NCBI GenBank assembly: GCA_016793645.1 | Contig: JAEUHD010000228.1 | Location: 1,232 to 65,231, forward strand | Direction of reading: 5' to 3' | DNA: 64,000 nt | DNA from: Verrucomicrobiales bacterium | GTDB lineage: Bacteria; Verrucomicrobiota; Verrucomicrobiia; Limisphaerales; UBA9464 | Part shown: positions 28,524-38,011 of the stretch, one piece after another | How positions within the stretch are numbered: the first letter of the stretch is position 1 | Layout: every line of letters begins with the position of its first letter | Translations under genes and position numbers: made by a program | The notes under the pieces: generated by a model | Seen by the model: only the letters and a program-made list of their open reading frames with translations | Databases searched by the model: none | What the model was told of the DNA's origin: nothing

Positions 28524-28991
28524 ATGAATCTTGGCGACATCCTGACGGCCCAGCAGATCGTGCCGGAACTCCAGGCCACGGATCGATGGGCCGCCATCGA
28601 CGAACTGATCGGGGTCCTCGTGACCGCCGGCAAGATTTCCATCGCCGACCGGGAGGCCGTGACCGCGGTTGTCAAGAAGCGGGAACAGTCCATGAGCACG
28701 GGCATCGGCTTCGGGATCGGCATTCCCCACGCCTCCACCGATCTCATCCCCGAGGTCGTCGCCGCCTTCGGCCGCTCCAAGAACGGCGTCAGTTTTGATT
28801 CGCTGGACAACCAGCCCGTGCACCTGGTGACGCTCTTTCTCGTTCCGCAGGGACAGTTCCAGAAGCATCTGCACACCCTGGCCGGCATTGCGAAGGTGCT
28901 CCGCAAGGAGGAATTCCTGAAGGCGCTGGAGGATGCCCCGTCCGCCGACGCCATCATGCAGGTCGTCCGGCATTACTCGGCACAGCGTTGA
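28524..28991 (+). CDS. ptsN: PTS EIIA(Ntr)-type regulatory protein
   Basis: ATG at 28524 (MNLGDILTAQQIVPELQATDRW...). Phosphorylatable His motif STGIGFGIGIPHAS. 155 aa. Confidence 0.8.
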   Translation: MNLGDILTAQQIVPELQATDRWAAIDELIGVLVTAGKISIADREAVTAVVKKREQSMSTGIGFGIGIPHASTDLIPEVVAAFGRSKNGVSFDSLDNQPVHLVTLFLVPQGQFQKHLHTLAGIAKVLRKEEFLKALEDAPSADAIMQVVRHYSAQR

Positions 28992-29094
28992 CCGCCCGGG
29001 CGGGATTCGCCGCCTTCCCGCGCCGCGTGCCCGCCGCGAGGCCTGCCCGCGGCCTACCGTCGTCCCCGACCAAAACCCGCAGCCCCATTCCCCC

Positions 29095-30894
29095 ATGCCC
29101 TCATCCCTCCCCCATTCCATCCTGGAACAGCGGCTCCGGCGCGCCGTCGGAGAGGTCCTGCCCTCGGCGAATTTGGACACCGTGCAGGTGCGTCCGTGCC
29201 CGGATCCCAAGCACGGGGACTACCAGTGCACGGCGTTGATCGGACTCGCCAAGCAGGCGCGACTGAATCCAAGGGCCTTCGCCCAGGAGGTTCTCGCCGC
29301 CTATCAGCGACTTCAGCAATCCGGCGGGGACGCCTCGATCGAGGTCGGCATGGTTCCGGAGATCGCCGGACCCGGATTCCTCAACTTCCGAATCGACGTC
29401 CGCACGTCCCTGCTTCCCGCCGCGCTGGCCGGCGCCGACCGGCTGTTTTGCGAACCCGCCCGGCCGCCCCGAACCGTGGTGGTGGACTTCAGCTCCCCCA
29501 ATGTCGCCAAGCCCATGCACGTGGGACACATCCGGTCCACCACGCTGGGGGACTGCCTCCAGCGCGCCTTTCGCTCCCTCGGCCACCGGGTCATCACCGA
29601 CAACCACATCGGCGACTGGGGAACGCAGTTTGGAAAGCTCCTCGTGGGTTGGCGGCACGGACTCGACCGCGCCGCACTGGAGCAGGATCCCATCGCGGAA
29701 CTGGAACGGCTGTACCGGACGGAGAACGCCGCCGGGGAGGCCGATCCGTCCCGATTGGAGATGGCCCGGCAGGAACTCGTGAAGTTGCAGTCCGGAGATC
29801 CCGAGAACCTCGCGGTCTGGAAGGAAATGATCCGGCTGTCCCAGGTTCAGTTCGATGCGATCTATGGACGTCTCGGCGTCACCTTTGATCACACGCTCGG
29901 GGAAAGCTTCTACAATCCCCAGTTGCCGGAGGTCGTGGCCGACCTGATGGCCCGGGGCATTGCCCGGGAGAGCGAGGGGGCCGTGGCGGTCTTCAGTGAC
30001 GGTTCGCTTCCCCCGAAGGAGGATCCGTTTCTCGTCAACCGGGACGGCGAATGGGTTCCCGATCCCGCACTCATCCGCAAGAGCGACGGCGGCTTCAACT
30101 ACATGACCACCGACCTCGCCACGCTCGACCACCGGATCCGGACCTGGGCGCCCGACGAGATCATCTACGTGGTGGACGACCGGCAGGCGCCGCATTTTCG
30201 GAAGCTTTTCCTGACCTTCGCCCGATGGAAACCGGAGGCTGCGGCCCGCACCCGGCTTCGGCACATCGGATTCGGAAAAATCCTCGGGGACGACGGGCGG
30301 CCCTTCCGCACGCGGTCCGGTGACACCATCCGACTCGCGGAGTTGCTCGACGAGGCGGTTGAGCGCTCGCAGCGGCTCGTGGATGAAAAGCGGCCGGAGC
30401 TTCCGGACGCCACTCGCCGGCAGATTGCCGAGACGGTCGGCGTCGGCGCGGTCAAATACCAGGATCTCCTGCCCAACCGGCAGAGCGACTACGTGTTCTC
30501 CTGGGACAAGATGCTCGCCCTCACCGGCAACACGTCACCCTACCTGCAGTACCAGTGCACCCGGGCCGGCAAGGTGGTCCGAGAGGGGGGTCCCGTGGAC
30601 CGGACGCGCCTCGCCTCTGCCGTACCCACCGAGGAGGCGGAGATCGTGCTGCTGAAATACCTGCTCAACTACGGGCTCACCCTGGAGTCGGTGGTGGCGG
30701 AGTGTCGTCCCAACTACCTCTGCAACTACCTCTACGAACTGGCCGGACATTACTCCCGGTTCTACGAGGCCTGCCCGGTGTTGCGGGCCGGGGAGCCGGT
30801 GCGAACGCTGCGACTCGCCCTGTGCGACCTCACGGCGCGCGTGCTGCAGGACGGCCTGCGCATCCTCGGCATCGGGGCTCCCGAGGTCATGTAG
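29095..30894 (+). CDS. argS: Arginine--tRNA ligase
   Basis: ATG at 29095. SSPNVAKPMHVGHIRSTTLGD (HIGH-type). DHIGDWGTQFG. VGVGAVKYQDL. C-terminal anticodon-binding domain ending in M. Confidence 0.93.
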   Translation: MPSSLPHSILEQRLRRAVGEVLPSANLDTVQVRPCPDPKHGDYQCTALIGLAKQARLNPRAFAQEVLAAYQRLQQSGGDASIEVGMVPEIAGPGFLNFRIDVRTSLLPAALAGADRLFCEPARPPRTVVVDFSSPNVAKPMHVGHIRSTTLGDCLQRAFRSLGHRVITDNHIGDWGTQFGKLLVGWRHGLDRAALEQDPIAELERLYRTENAAGEADPSRLEMARQELVKLQSGDPENLAVWKEMIRLSQVQFDAIYGRLGVTFDHTLGESFYNPQLPEVVADLMARGIARESEGAVAVFSDGSLPPKEDPFLVNRDGEWVPDPALIRKSDGGFNYMTTDLATLDHRIRTWAPDEIIYVVDDRQAPHFRKLFLTFARWKPEAAARTRLRHIGFGKILGDDGRPFRTRSGDTIRLAELLDEAVERSQRLVDEKRPELPDATRRQIAETVGVGAVKYQDLLPNRQSDYVFSWDKMLALTGNTSPYLQYQCTRAGKVVREGGPVDRTRLASAVPTEEAEIVLLKYLLNYGLTLESVVAECRPNYLCNYLYELAGHYSRFYEACPVLRAGEPVRTLRLALCDLTARVLQDGLRILGIGAPEVM

Positions 30895-31013
30895 GATCCG
30901 CCCTCGTCGCGTCCTCCAAACTTTCGCTTGCTGCATCCGGACCCGGGCGGGGTATCGTGACCCCGTCGTCCGCAGCGTTCCGGAACCTCCGGAACAGCGG
31001 AGGACCGTATCCG

Positions 31014-32678
31014 ATGCAACTCGCCGCCCGCCTTCGTCTCCGCCTCCACTGGCTGATCCTCCTGATTGTCGCCGCGATCAGTGCTCCCGCGTTCGCCGCG
31101 GAAGGGGTCGCACCCATCATCACCACCAGCCCGCAATCGCAGACCGCCACCGCCGGGCAGACCATCACGCTGAGCGTCGTCGCCACAGGAACCGCTCCGC
31201 TGTCCTACCAGTGGTGGTTCAACACCAACGCCCTGCCGCTTTCCAATACCAACCAGATTGTCCTCGCCAACGTCAATGGGCTGTTCTCCGGGACCTACGT
31301 GGCGGTCGTGAGCAATTTCTTCGGCATGGCGACTTCGGCGCCCGCGGTGTTGAGCGTCATCGGTCCCCCGGTCATCACGCAGCATCCGACCGACCAGGCG
31401 GTGTACGTCGGCCAGACCGCCACCTTCAGCGTCGCGGCCTTCAGCAAGTCCCCCATGACCTACCAGTGGCAGTATCAGGGCGGCAATCTGCCCAATGCCA
31501 CCAACGACGTGCTCAATGTCGGGCAGGTCACGACGGACAACGCCGGCGTCTATACCGTCCAGGTTTCCAATTCAAACGGGACCGTCACCAGCTTCGGGGC
31601 CCAACTGGTTGTTCTCGCCCTCCCCGCTCCCTCGATCCGGCTGGGCGTGCTGACGGACACCAACCGCATCCAAGTCCCCGTCCTGTACCTCGCCAACGGC
31701 ACCGAGACCAATTTGAGCTTCACCGCGATCTGGAATCCGGCGGTGTATACCAACGCGACCTTTACCCCGGAGAGGAACATCGAATCGGTCCCCCTTCCGT
31801 CCGCACCCCGGCGCACGCTGGCCCCCGCATCCCTTCCGGCGTCCGCGGTGGTCGTGCTCGACGAAAGCCAGGTGGCGTCCGGGCGCCTCGGCATCCTGAT
31901 CGCCTGGCCGCCCGGCACGGGCATGGTCCCAGGTGAAAACACCCTGGGACAACTGGCGTTCGACCTGGTGGAAGGCCGCCAGGATCTGTACTCGGGCCTC
32001 CTGGGTTTCGCCAACACCCCGGTCCCCGCGCGCATCGGGCCTCCGTTTTCCGGACAGACCAACATCACGCTCAACGGCATCAACCCCCAGATGTCCTTCG
32101 CGGGTCCCTCCGTCCTGAACCGGCAGACCGGCCTCATGGAACAACGGGTCCGGTTCGCCAATCCGGGCCGGGTGTTCGTGGAAAATGCGCGCCTCACCCT
32201 CCGGGACCTCAACACCGACCTGCTGACGAACGTGATATCCCTCGCCAACGCCCAGGGGTTCATCCTGCCGGAGTTCACCCCCTACGTGGACTGGGGGGCC
32301 ATCGCTCCCACCGAGATCCGCGAAGGCACGCTTCAATATTATGTCACGGATCGGAAGACGCAGCCCGACCCGACCTTCGAGATGTTCGCCACACCGCAGA
32401 TCGACTTCCCCGTCCCCGCGGGGGACGTCATCCCGGCCACGATCCGTCGGGCGAACGATACGGTCCTCGTCGAATTCCCCACCATTACGCTTTTCCGCTA
32501 CTACATCCAATACGCCGACTCCCTCGAGAAGTTTGAAAGTGGCGAGGTCGAGACGTCGCTCCCCTATGTGCGGGGAACCGGTTCCAACCTGCAATGGATG
32601 GACTCCGGACCCCCTCGAACGACGCCCGCGGCCGTCAACGGGCAACTGCGCTATTACCGCGTGCTGGAAGTCGAATAA
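31014..32678 (+). CDS. Secreted protein with two Ig (I-set-like) domains, a cohesin-like middle domain and a YYRV tail
   Basis: ATG at 31014. Signal LILLIVAAISAPAFA. PIITTSPQSQTATAGQTITLSVVATGTAPLSYQWW and PVITQHPTDQAVYVGQTATFSVAA...YQWQ...DNAGVYTVQVSN. Ends in LRYYRVLEVE. Confidence 0.75.
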   Translation: MQLAARLRLRLHWLILLIVAAISAPAFAAEGVAPIITTSPQSQTATAGQTITLSVVATGTAPLSYQWWFNTNALPLSNTNQIVLANVNGLFSGTYVAVVSNFFGMATSAPAVLSVIGPPVITQHPTDQAVYVGQTATFSVAAFSKSPMTYQWQYQGGNLPNATNDVLNVGQVTTDNAGVYTVQVSNSNGTVTSFGAQLVVLALPAPSIRLGVLTDTNRIQVPVLYLANGTETNLSFTAIWNPAVYTNATFTPERNIESVPLPSAPRRTLAPASLPASAVVVLDESQVASGRLGILIAWPPGTGMVPGENTLGQLAFDLVEGRQDLYSGLLGFANTPVPARIGPPFSGQTNITLNGINPQMSFAGPSVLNRQTGLMEQRVRFANPGRVFVENARLTLRDLNTDLLTNVISLANAQGFILPEFTPYVDWGAIAPTEIREGTLQYYVTDRKTQPDPTFEMFATPQIDFPVPAGDVIPATIRRANDTVLVEFPTITLFRYYIQYADSLEKFESGEVETSLPYVRGTGSNLQWMDSGPPRTTPAAVNGQLRYYRVLEVE

Positions 32679-32702
32679 CCGAAGCCCGCCCCCACCGCCC
32701 CC

Positions 32703-33740
32703 ATGAATTCCCGACATCTTCGTTCACAAGCCCCGCTGGCCGCCCTCGCCGCCGCCGCCACCACCGTGTCCCTCGTCGCCCAGGAGAGTCCCTACGACCT
32801 GGAGAAGACGGGCTGGTACATCCGCGCCGGCGCCTTCTACCAGTTCGGATTGTCCGTCTCGGTCAACCAGCTCAGCCCGCCCCCGCTGCCGCAGCCTGGA
32901 ATCTACGACGACGGATACGTGCTCAAGGACATCAACAACGGCGCCGACGGCCTGACCTGGAACTGGGGCTACCAGGAATCCACGCAGTTGATCGACGGGT
33001 CCATCGAGATGTCCCGCATCAACGGACTCCAGCAGGTCACCACGCTCAACGGCTTCGGGGACGCCAATCTGTTCGGACCAGAGATCCTCGTGGGCTTCGA
33101 ATTCTACAAGTTCGACCTGGGCAAGCGCGACGGTCATTTCGGATTCGAACTCGGCTTCCGCTACGCCACGTATTCCGGGAGTTCCTCCGCCAGCGTCCAG
33201 AGTCTCGTCCGTGAGGACCGCGACCGGTACGACCTCGGCGGCATCGTTCCCCCGCTGGCGCCGTACTCCGGACACCCGGACATCCCCGGTCCGCTGATCT
33301 CGCTGAACCCGGTGTCCCAGCCCACCCTGACCTCGGAAGCCATCTCCTCGCTGGGGACCGATCTCTCCGCCGACTTCTACACCGGGCGTTTCGGGGCCTG
33401 GTTTGGCGTCCCCATCACCGAGAAGTTCAGCACCAGTGCCAGCATCGGCTTCACGTCCATCTACGCCTACGGCAACGCGGATTTCACTCAGGCGAACACG
33501 TACTCGAATCCGCTCATCCCGAACACCCTTCACAAGGTCAGCCAAAACGAAGGGGACTGGCTTCCGGGCGCCTACATGCAGGTCCGGGCCACGTATTGGT
33601 TCCGGGAGTGGCTCGGCGTCTACGGGGGTTTTGAGTGGTCCTATAACGGCGCCCTGCGCATCCAGGGACTCAATTACGAGGCCGTTTTTGATTTCGGATC
33701 CACCTTCGGAGTCAACGGTGGCATGCAGTTGAGCTTCTGA
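32703..33740 (+). CDS. Putative outer-membrane beta-barrel protein
   Basis: Signal LAALAAAATTVSLVAQ. Alternating aromatic/Gly beta-strand pattern. C-terminal ...GVNGGMQLSF with a terminal Phe. Starts 24 nt after the Ig-like gene. Confidence 0.6.
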   Translation: MNSRHLRSQAPLAALAAAATTVSLVAQESPYDLEKTGWYIRAGAFYQFGLSVSVNQLSPPPLPQPGIYDDGYVLKDINNGADGLTWNWGYQESTQLIDGSIEMSRINGLQQVTTLNGFGDANLFGPEILVGFEFYKFDLGKRDGHFGFELGFRYATYSGSSSASVQSLVREDRDRYDLGGIVPPLAPYSGHPDIPGPLISLNPVSQPTLTSEAISSLGTDLSADFYTGRFGAWFGVPITEKFSTSASIGFTSIYAYGNADFTQANTYSNPLIPNTLHKVSQNEGDWLPGAYMQVRATYWFREWLGVYGGFEWSYNGALRIQGLNYEAVFDFGSTFGVNGGMQLSF

Positions 33741-34861
33741 TCGGGTCCGAGCAGCGCCGACCCCGTCGTGCCGCTCGACCCGAAGTCAAACAACTCGCCC
33801 TGTCCCGGTTCCACCCGCCGAAAGGAGGCGGTGCTCAGGTCCGGTCCCCGGGACATCAGCCCCGCCTTTCGACAGCCGACCTCGAACAGCCGGGCGATCT
33901 GCTCCGCGAACAGGCCCTCCCCGCGCATCCGGCTCCCGAAACGCGGATCATTCAGCCGCCCTCCGCGCAGCGCCCGAAGTTGGCCGAGCACCTTCTCCTT
34001 CCGGTCCGGGAAATGCCGCCCGAGCCAGTCCTCGAACAGCGGGGCAACCGCATGCGGCAGGCGCAGGACAACCTTGCCGGCAAAGGTTGCTCCCGCGTCC
34101 GCGGCGGCCGCCAACAACTGCGGGATTTCATGGTCGTTCACCGCCGGGATGACCGGAGCCACCATCACCCCCACCGGAATGCCCGCCTGCGCCAGGGTCC
34201 GGATCGCCCGCAGCCGCGCCGCCGGCGGCGAGGTCCGGGGTTCGAGAATCGCGCGCAAGCCTGAATCCAGCGTGGTCAGTGAAACATACACGGTGACCGC
34301 CCGGTGGCGCGCCAGTTCCGACAGAACGTCCACGTCGCGCGTCACCAGGGCGTTCTTGGTCACGATCCCTACCGGATTCCGGAATTCCGCCAGCACCTCC
34401 AGGCACCGCCGGGTCAGCCGCAGCCGCCGCTCCACCGGTTGATAGCAGTCCGTGACGCCACTCAGGGCAATGGTGTCCGGAATCCACGACGCCGTTCCCA
34501 GCTCGCGCCGCAGATGCTCCGGTGCGTCGTGCTTCACCAGGATCCGGCTTTCGAAATCCAGTCCGGCACTCCAGCCGAGATATTCATGCGTGGGACGCGC
34601 GTAGCAGTAGATGCACCCGTGCTCACAGCCGCGGTAGGGATTCAGGCTCCAGGTGAAGCCGATGTCCGGACTGTCATTCCGGTTGAGGATCGTCCGCCCA
34701 TGGTCGGCGATGAACTGGGTGCGCTCCAGGGGCGCGGGGTCCTCGTCCGGATCCGGCTCCGCGAGCGGATCCACCGCACGGTGAAGCGACCCAAAGCGAA
34801 TGGGGGGATCAAAACCCGCGCCGCGATGTCCCGAGCCGGGGGACGGATTCACGCCGCCCAC
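33674..34861 (-). CDS. Radical SAM protein (PA0069 / SplB-like COG1533 family)
   Basis: GTG start. HRGAGFDPPIRFGS N-terminus typical of the family. Cluster motif RGCEHGCIYCYARPTHEYLG. Its 3' end overlaps the convergent beta-barrel gene by 67 nt. Confidence 0.8.
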   Translation of the reverse strand: MGGVNPSPGSGHRGAGFDPPIRFGSLHRAVDPLAEPDPDEDPAPLERTQFIADHGRTILNRNDSPDIGFTWSLNPYRGCEHGCIYCYARPTHEYLGWSAGLDFESRILVKHDAPEHLRRELGTASWIPDTIALSGVTDCYQPVERRLRLTRRCLEVLAEFRNPVGIVTKNALVTRDVDVLSELARHRAVTVYVSLTTLDSGLRAILEPRTSPPAARLRAIRTLAQAGIPVGVMVAPVIPAVNDHEIPQLLAAAADAGATFAGKVVLRLPHAVAPLFEDWLGRHFPDRKEKVLGQLRALRGGRLNDPRFGSRMRGEGLFAEQIARLFEVGCRKAGLMSRGPDLSTASFRRVEPGQGELFDFGSSGTTGSALLGPDQKLNCMPPLTPKVDPKSKTAS

Positions 34862-34902
34862 CGTTCCCCAAATCCGGGAACTTGCCCACCCGGAATACGG
34901 TC

Positions 34903-36216
34903 CTAGATCGCGAAGTCGCTGTACTCCGGACGCACGGACTCCAGCGGCGGATGCAGCATGCCCGCCGCCACCGTGGCATTGGTCCCCTGCTCGATCAGGA
35001 CAAAGGCGCCCGTCAGGCGGTTGGTCACATAACCATCGTAGGCGAGGGGCCGGGCGGTCTTCAGCCGGATTTCGCCGATGTCATTCATGGCCAGTTCCGG
35101 AGGCTCCGGTTCCGCCTGGTAGGTGGCGACATTGATGCGGTTCTCCACGGTGGTCACCGCCGCCTGCACAATCTGCGTCCCGTGCTTGAGCAGGTACCGG
35201 CGGCCGCGCTGGAGCGGACGCGGATGCATCCAGCACACCTTGGCGTGGAGCTCCGAGCTCAAGCCGGGCAGAAATTCCATTCCGACCAGGGTGTCCCCGC
35301 GGCTGATGTCCAGGTCGTCCGCCAGCACGAGGGTCACCGACTGCGGACAGAAGGCCTCCTGCAGCGGGCCGTCGAGGGTCCAGATTTCCTTCACCGTGGA
35401 TTTCAATCCGCTGGGCAGGACCATCACCCGCTGACCCACGCGCACGATGCCGCCGGCGATCTGTCCGCTGAACCCTCGGAAGTCATGGAGATGGGGGTCG
35501 CGGGGATTGTTCGGGCGGTTGACCCATTGCACCGGGAATCGGAACGCTCCCATGTTCCAGTCGCTCCCGATGTGCACCGTTTCGAGGTGCCCGAGCAGCG
35601 TGGGGCCGGCGAACCACGGCGTGTGCACCGACGGTTCCACCACGTTGTCCCCGTTGAGGGCGCTCATGGGGATGAACTTCACGTCCTTCAGGTCCAGCAG
35701 CGGGAGGAAGGATTCGAACTCGTCGCGGATCTCCTGGAAGCGGGCTTCCGACCAGCCCACGAGGTCCATCTTGTTCACCGCGATCACCACATGGGGGATC
35801 CGGAGCAGTGAGGCGATGTAGGTGTGGCGGCGGCTCTGCTCGATGACGCCCTGGCGGGCATCCACCAGCACGACCGACAGGTTCGCGGTCGAGGCGCCGG
35901 TCACCATGTTGCGCGTGTACTGCACGTGCCCCGGGGTGTCGGCCACGATGAACTTGCGGCGGGGCGTCGCGAAATAGCGGTAGGCGACATCGATGGTGAT
36001 GCCCTGCTCACGCTCCGCGCGCAAACCGTCGGTCAGGTTCGCCAGATTGATCTGGCCGCCGCCGGTGATGTCCGCGGACCGCTCCAGCGCCTCAATCTGG
36101 TCCTCCATCAGCGATTTCGAATCGTAGAGCAGGCGTCCGATCAGCGTGGACTTGCCATCGTCCACGGAGCCGCACGTGTTGAAGCGCAGAAGTTCGATGG
36201 AATGGGGGGCGGGCAT
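34903..36216 (-). CDS. cysN: Sulfate adenylyltransferase subunit 1 (GTPase), no fused APS kinase domain
   Basis: LLRFNTCGSVDDGKSTLIGRLLYDSK, DTPGHVQYTRNM, NKMDLV. 437 aa. Confidence 0.92.
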   Translation of the reverse strand: MPAPHSIELLRFNTCGSVDDGKSTLIGRLLYDSKSLMEDQIEALERSADITGGGQINLANLTDGLRAEREQGITIDVAYRYFATPRRKFIVADTPGHVQYTRNMVTGASTANLSVVLVDARQGVIEQSRRHTYIASLLRIPHVVIAVNKMDLVGWSEARFQEIRDEFESFLPLLDLKDVKFIPMSALNGDNVVEPSVHTPWFAGPTLLGHLETVHIGSDWNMGAFRFPVQWVNRPNNPRDPHLHDFRGFSGQIAGGIVRVGQRVMVLPSGLKSTVKEIWTLDGPLQEAFCPQSVTLVLADDLDISRGDTLVGMEFLPGLSSELHAKVCWMHPRPLQRGRRYLLKHGTQIVQAAVTTVENRINVATYQAEPEPPELAMNDIGEIRLKTARPLAYDGYVTNRLTGAFVLIEQGTNATVAAGMLHPPLESVRPEYSDFAI

Positions 36217-36282
36217 GGGTCTAAATCTTGGGGGGAATCGGGGAAGCGGCCCCGGGAATCGTGATTCGTGTCGAAAGCGGAC

Positions 36283-37221
36283 TCAGAAATACCCCGCCTT
36301 CTTGCGGTCCTCCATCGCGGCCTCGCTGGCCTTGTCGTCCGCGCGGGAACCGCGCTCGGTGACGCGCGCGGCGGCCACCTCGGCGATGATGTCGTCCACG
36401 CTGCTGGCCGGACTTTCAATCATCCCGGTGCTGATCATGTCGGCGATGGTGCGCACCCGGACCACCAGGGAGCGGACGTTCTCGTTCGGACCCGGACGCG
36501 CGCCGGCATACGGATCGGGCTTCGAGGAGTCCGTGTGGGGCGGGGGCACCGGAATCCACTGGCCACCCTTTCGGAAACAATCCCGGGTGTGGCTGAAGTA
36601 GATGTTGGGAACCTCAAGGCGTTCCTTGCGGATGTATTCCCAGACATCCATCTCGGTCCAGTTCGAGAGCGGAAACACCCGCATGTTCTCACCCGGATTC
36701 AGGCGCGCGTTGTAGAGGTTCCAGATCTCCGGACGCTGATTCTTGGGATCCCACTGTCCGAAGGCATCGCGGAAGCTGAAGAAGCGCTCCTTGGCCCGCG
36801 CCTTCTCCTCGTCCCGGCGGGCGCCGCCGATGCAGCAGTCAAACCGGAACTCCTCGATCGCGGCCAGCAGGACGGGGATCTGAAGCTGATTGCGGCTGAT
36901 CTGGCCGGGGGTTGGCGCGGCAATCCCCTTCGCAAACGCCTCGTCCACGCTGCGGACAATCAGTTTGGCCCCCAGTTCCGCCGCCCGACGGTCGCGGAAC
37001 TCAATGAGCTCCGGAAACTCGTGTCCCGTCTCCACGTTCAGGAACGGCATCGGAATCTCCGCGGGGCGGAACGCCTTTTCCGCCAGCCTCAGGAGGCAGA
37101 TCGAATCCTTGCCACCCGAGAACAGGAGGGCGGGGCGCTCAAATCCGGCGGCCACCTCGCGCATGACGTGGATGGCCTCGGTTTCGAGGTACTGCAGGTG
37201 GTCCAAATGATAGCTGCTCAT
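36283..37221 (-). CDS. cysD: Sulfate adenylyltransferase subunit 2
   Basis: LDHLQYLETEAIHVMREV...LLFSGGKDS...FRDAFGQWDPKNQRPELWN-type motifs. Ends in KKAGYF. Confidence 0.93.
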   Translation of the reverse strand: MSSYHLDHLQYLETEAIHVMREVAAGFERPALLFSGGKDSICLLRLAEKAFRPAEIPMPFLNVETGHEFPELIEFRDRRAAELGAKLIVRSVDEAFAKGIAAPTPGQISRNQLQIPVLLAAIEEFRFDCCIGGARRDEEKARAKERFFSFRDAFGQWDPKNQRPEIWNLYNARLNPGENMRVFPLSNWTEMDVWEYIRKERLEVPNIYFSHTRDCFRKGGQWIPVPPPHTDSSKPDPYAGARPGPNENVRSLVVRVRTIADMISTGMIESPASSVDDIIAEVAAARVTERGSRADDKASEAAMEDRKKAGYF

Positions 37222-37252
37222 GGAATCTCCAGGGTCGCGGGCGTCCCGTCGT

Positions 37253-37918
37253 TCACGCCTTCGTCATGGCCTGCTGCCCCCAGGCGGCATGGAGCCCGCA
37301 CTCGCGCTTCTCGTCGGCCTTGGCGGGATCGAAATAGTCCCATTCATTGGGGAGCCCGTGCTGCTGCAGATAGTCCTCCATTTGCGCATCGCTCCAGTGG
37401 AATACCGGACTCACCTTCAGGGCGCCGAAGTTCCGGTCGTCGGTCACGAGATCGAGTCCCGCGCGGTTCGGGTTCTGGACGCGCCGCAATGCGGTGAACC
37501 ACACGGTGGGGGCGAGCTCGCGCATGCCCCTCTGGAAGGGCTCCAGCTTCATCACCGTGCTGAACGCCTTGATCCGTTCCTCATTCTCCGGCGTCGGATC
37601 CGGCGCGCCCCCGTGCAGGGCGTCGTAGTGGGCGGTTGTCATTCGCGGCACATAGGCCTTCACGTTCAGCCGCAGGCGTGAAATCAGGTCCGCAGCGTGC
37701 CGGTAGGTGGCCGGACGGTTGTATCCGTGGTCCACCCACAGCACGGGAATTTCCGGATGGACCTGCGTCACGAGATGCAGCAGGACCGCCTCATAGGGGC
37801 GGAAGTTGGTCGAAACGATGGCCCGGCCACCCGCCTGGCCGACCGCCCAGCGCACGAGATCCAGCGGAGGCCGGTCCCGGTGTGCGGCGTTTACGGCCGC
37901 GATGTCTTCAGTCTTCAT
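37253..37918 (-). CDS. cysH: Phosphoadenosine phosphosulfate (PAPS)-type reductase
   Basis: ATG at 37918. C-terminal KRECGLH motif. This is the only Cys in the protein, so the CC...CxxC Fe-S ligands of APS reductases are absent. Confidence 0.85.
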   Translation of the reverse strand: MKTEDIAAVNAAHRDRPPLDLVRWAVGQAGGRAIVSTNFRPYEAVLLHLVTQVHPEIPVLWVDHGYNRPATYRHAADLISRLRLNVKAYVPRMTTAHYDALHGGAPDPTPENEERIKAFSTVMKLEPFQRGMRELAPTVWFTALRRVQNPNRAGLDLVTDDRNFGALKVSPVFHWSDAQMEDYLQQHGLPNEWDYFDPAKADEKRECGLHAAWGQQAMTKA

Positions 37919-38011
37919 GAAAATCAGGGGTTTCGCGGACTCATCCCGGCAACGGGGACGGGGACTCAAACCCCGCGTGCCTGCCCGGACTCCGGTCGCG
38001 AAGGATCCGGC

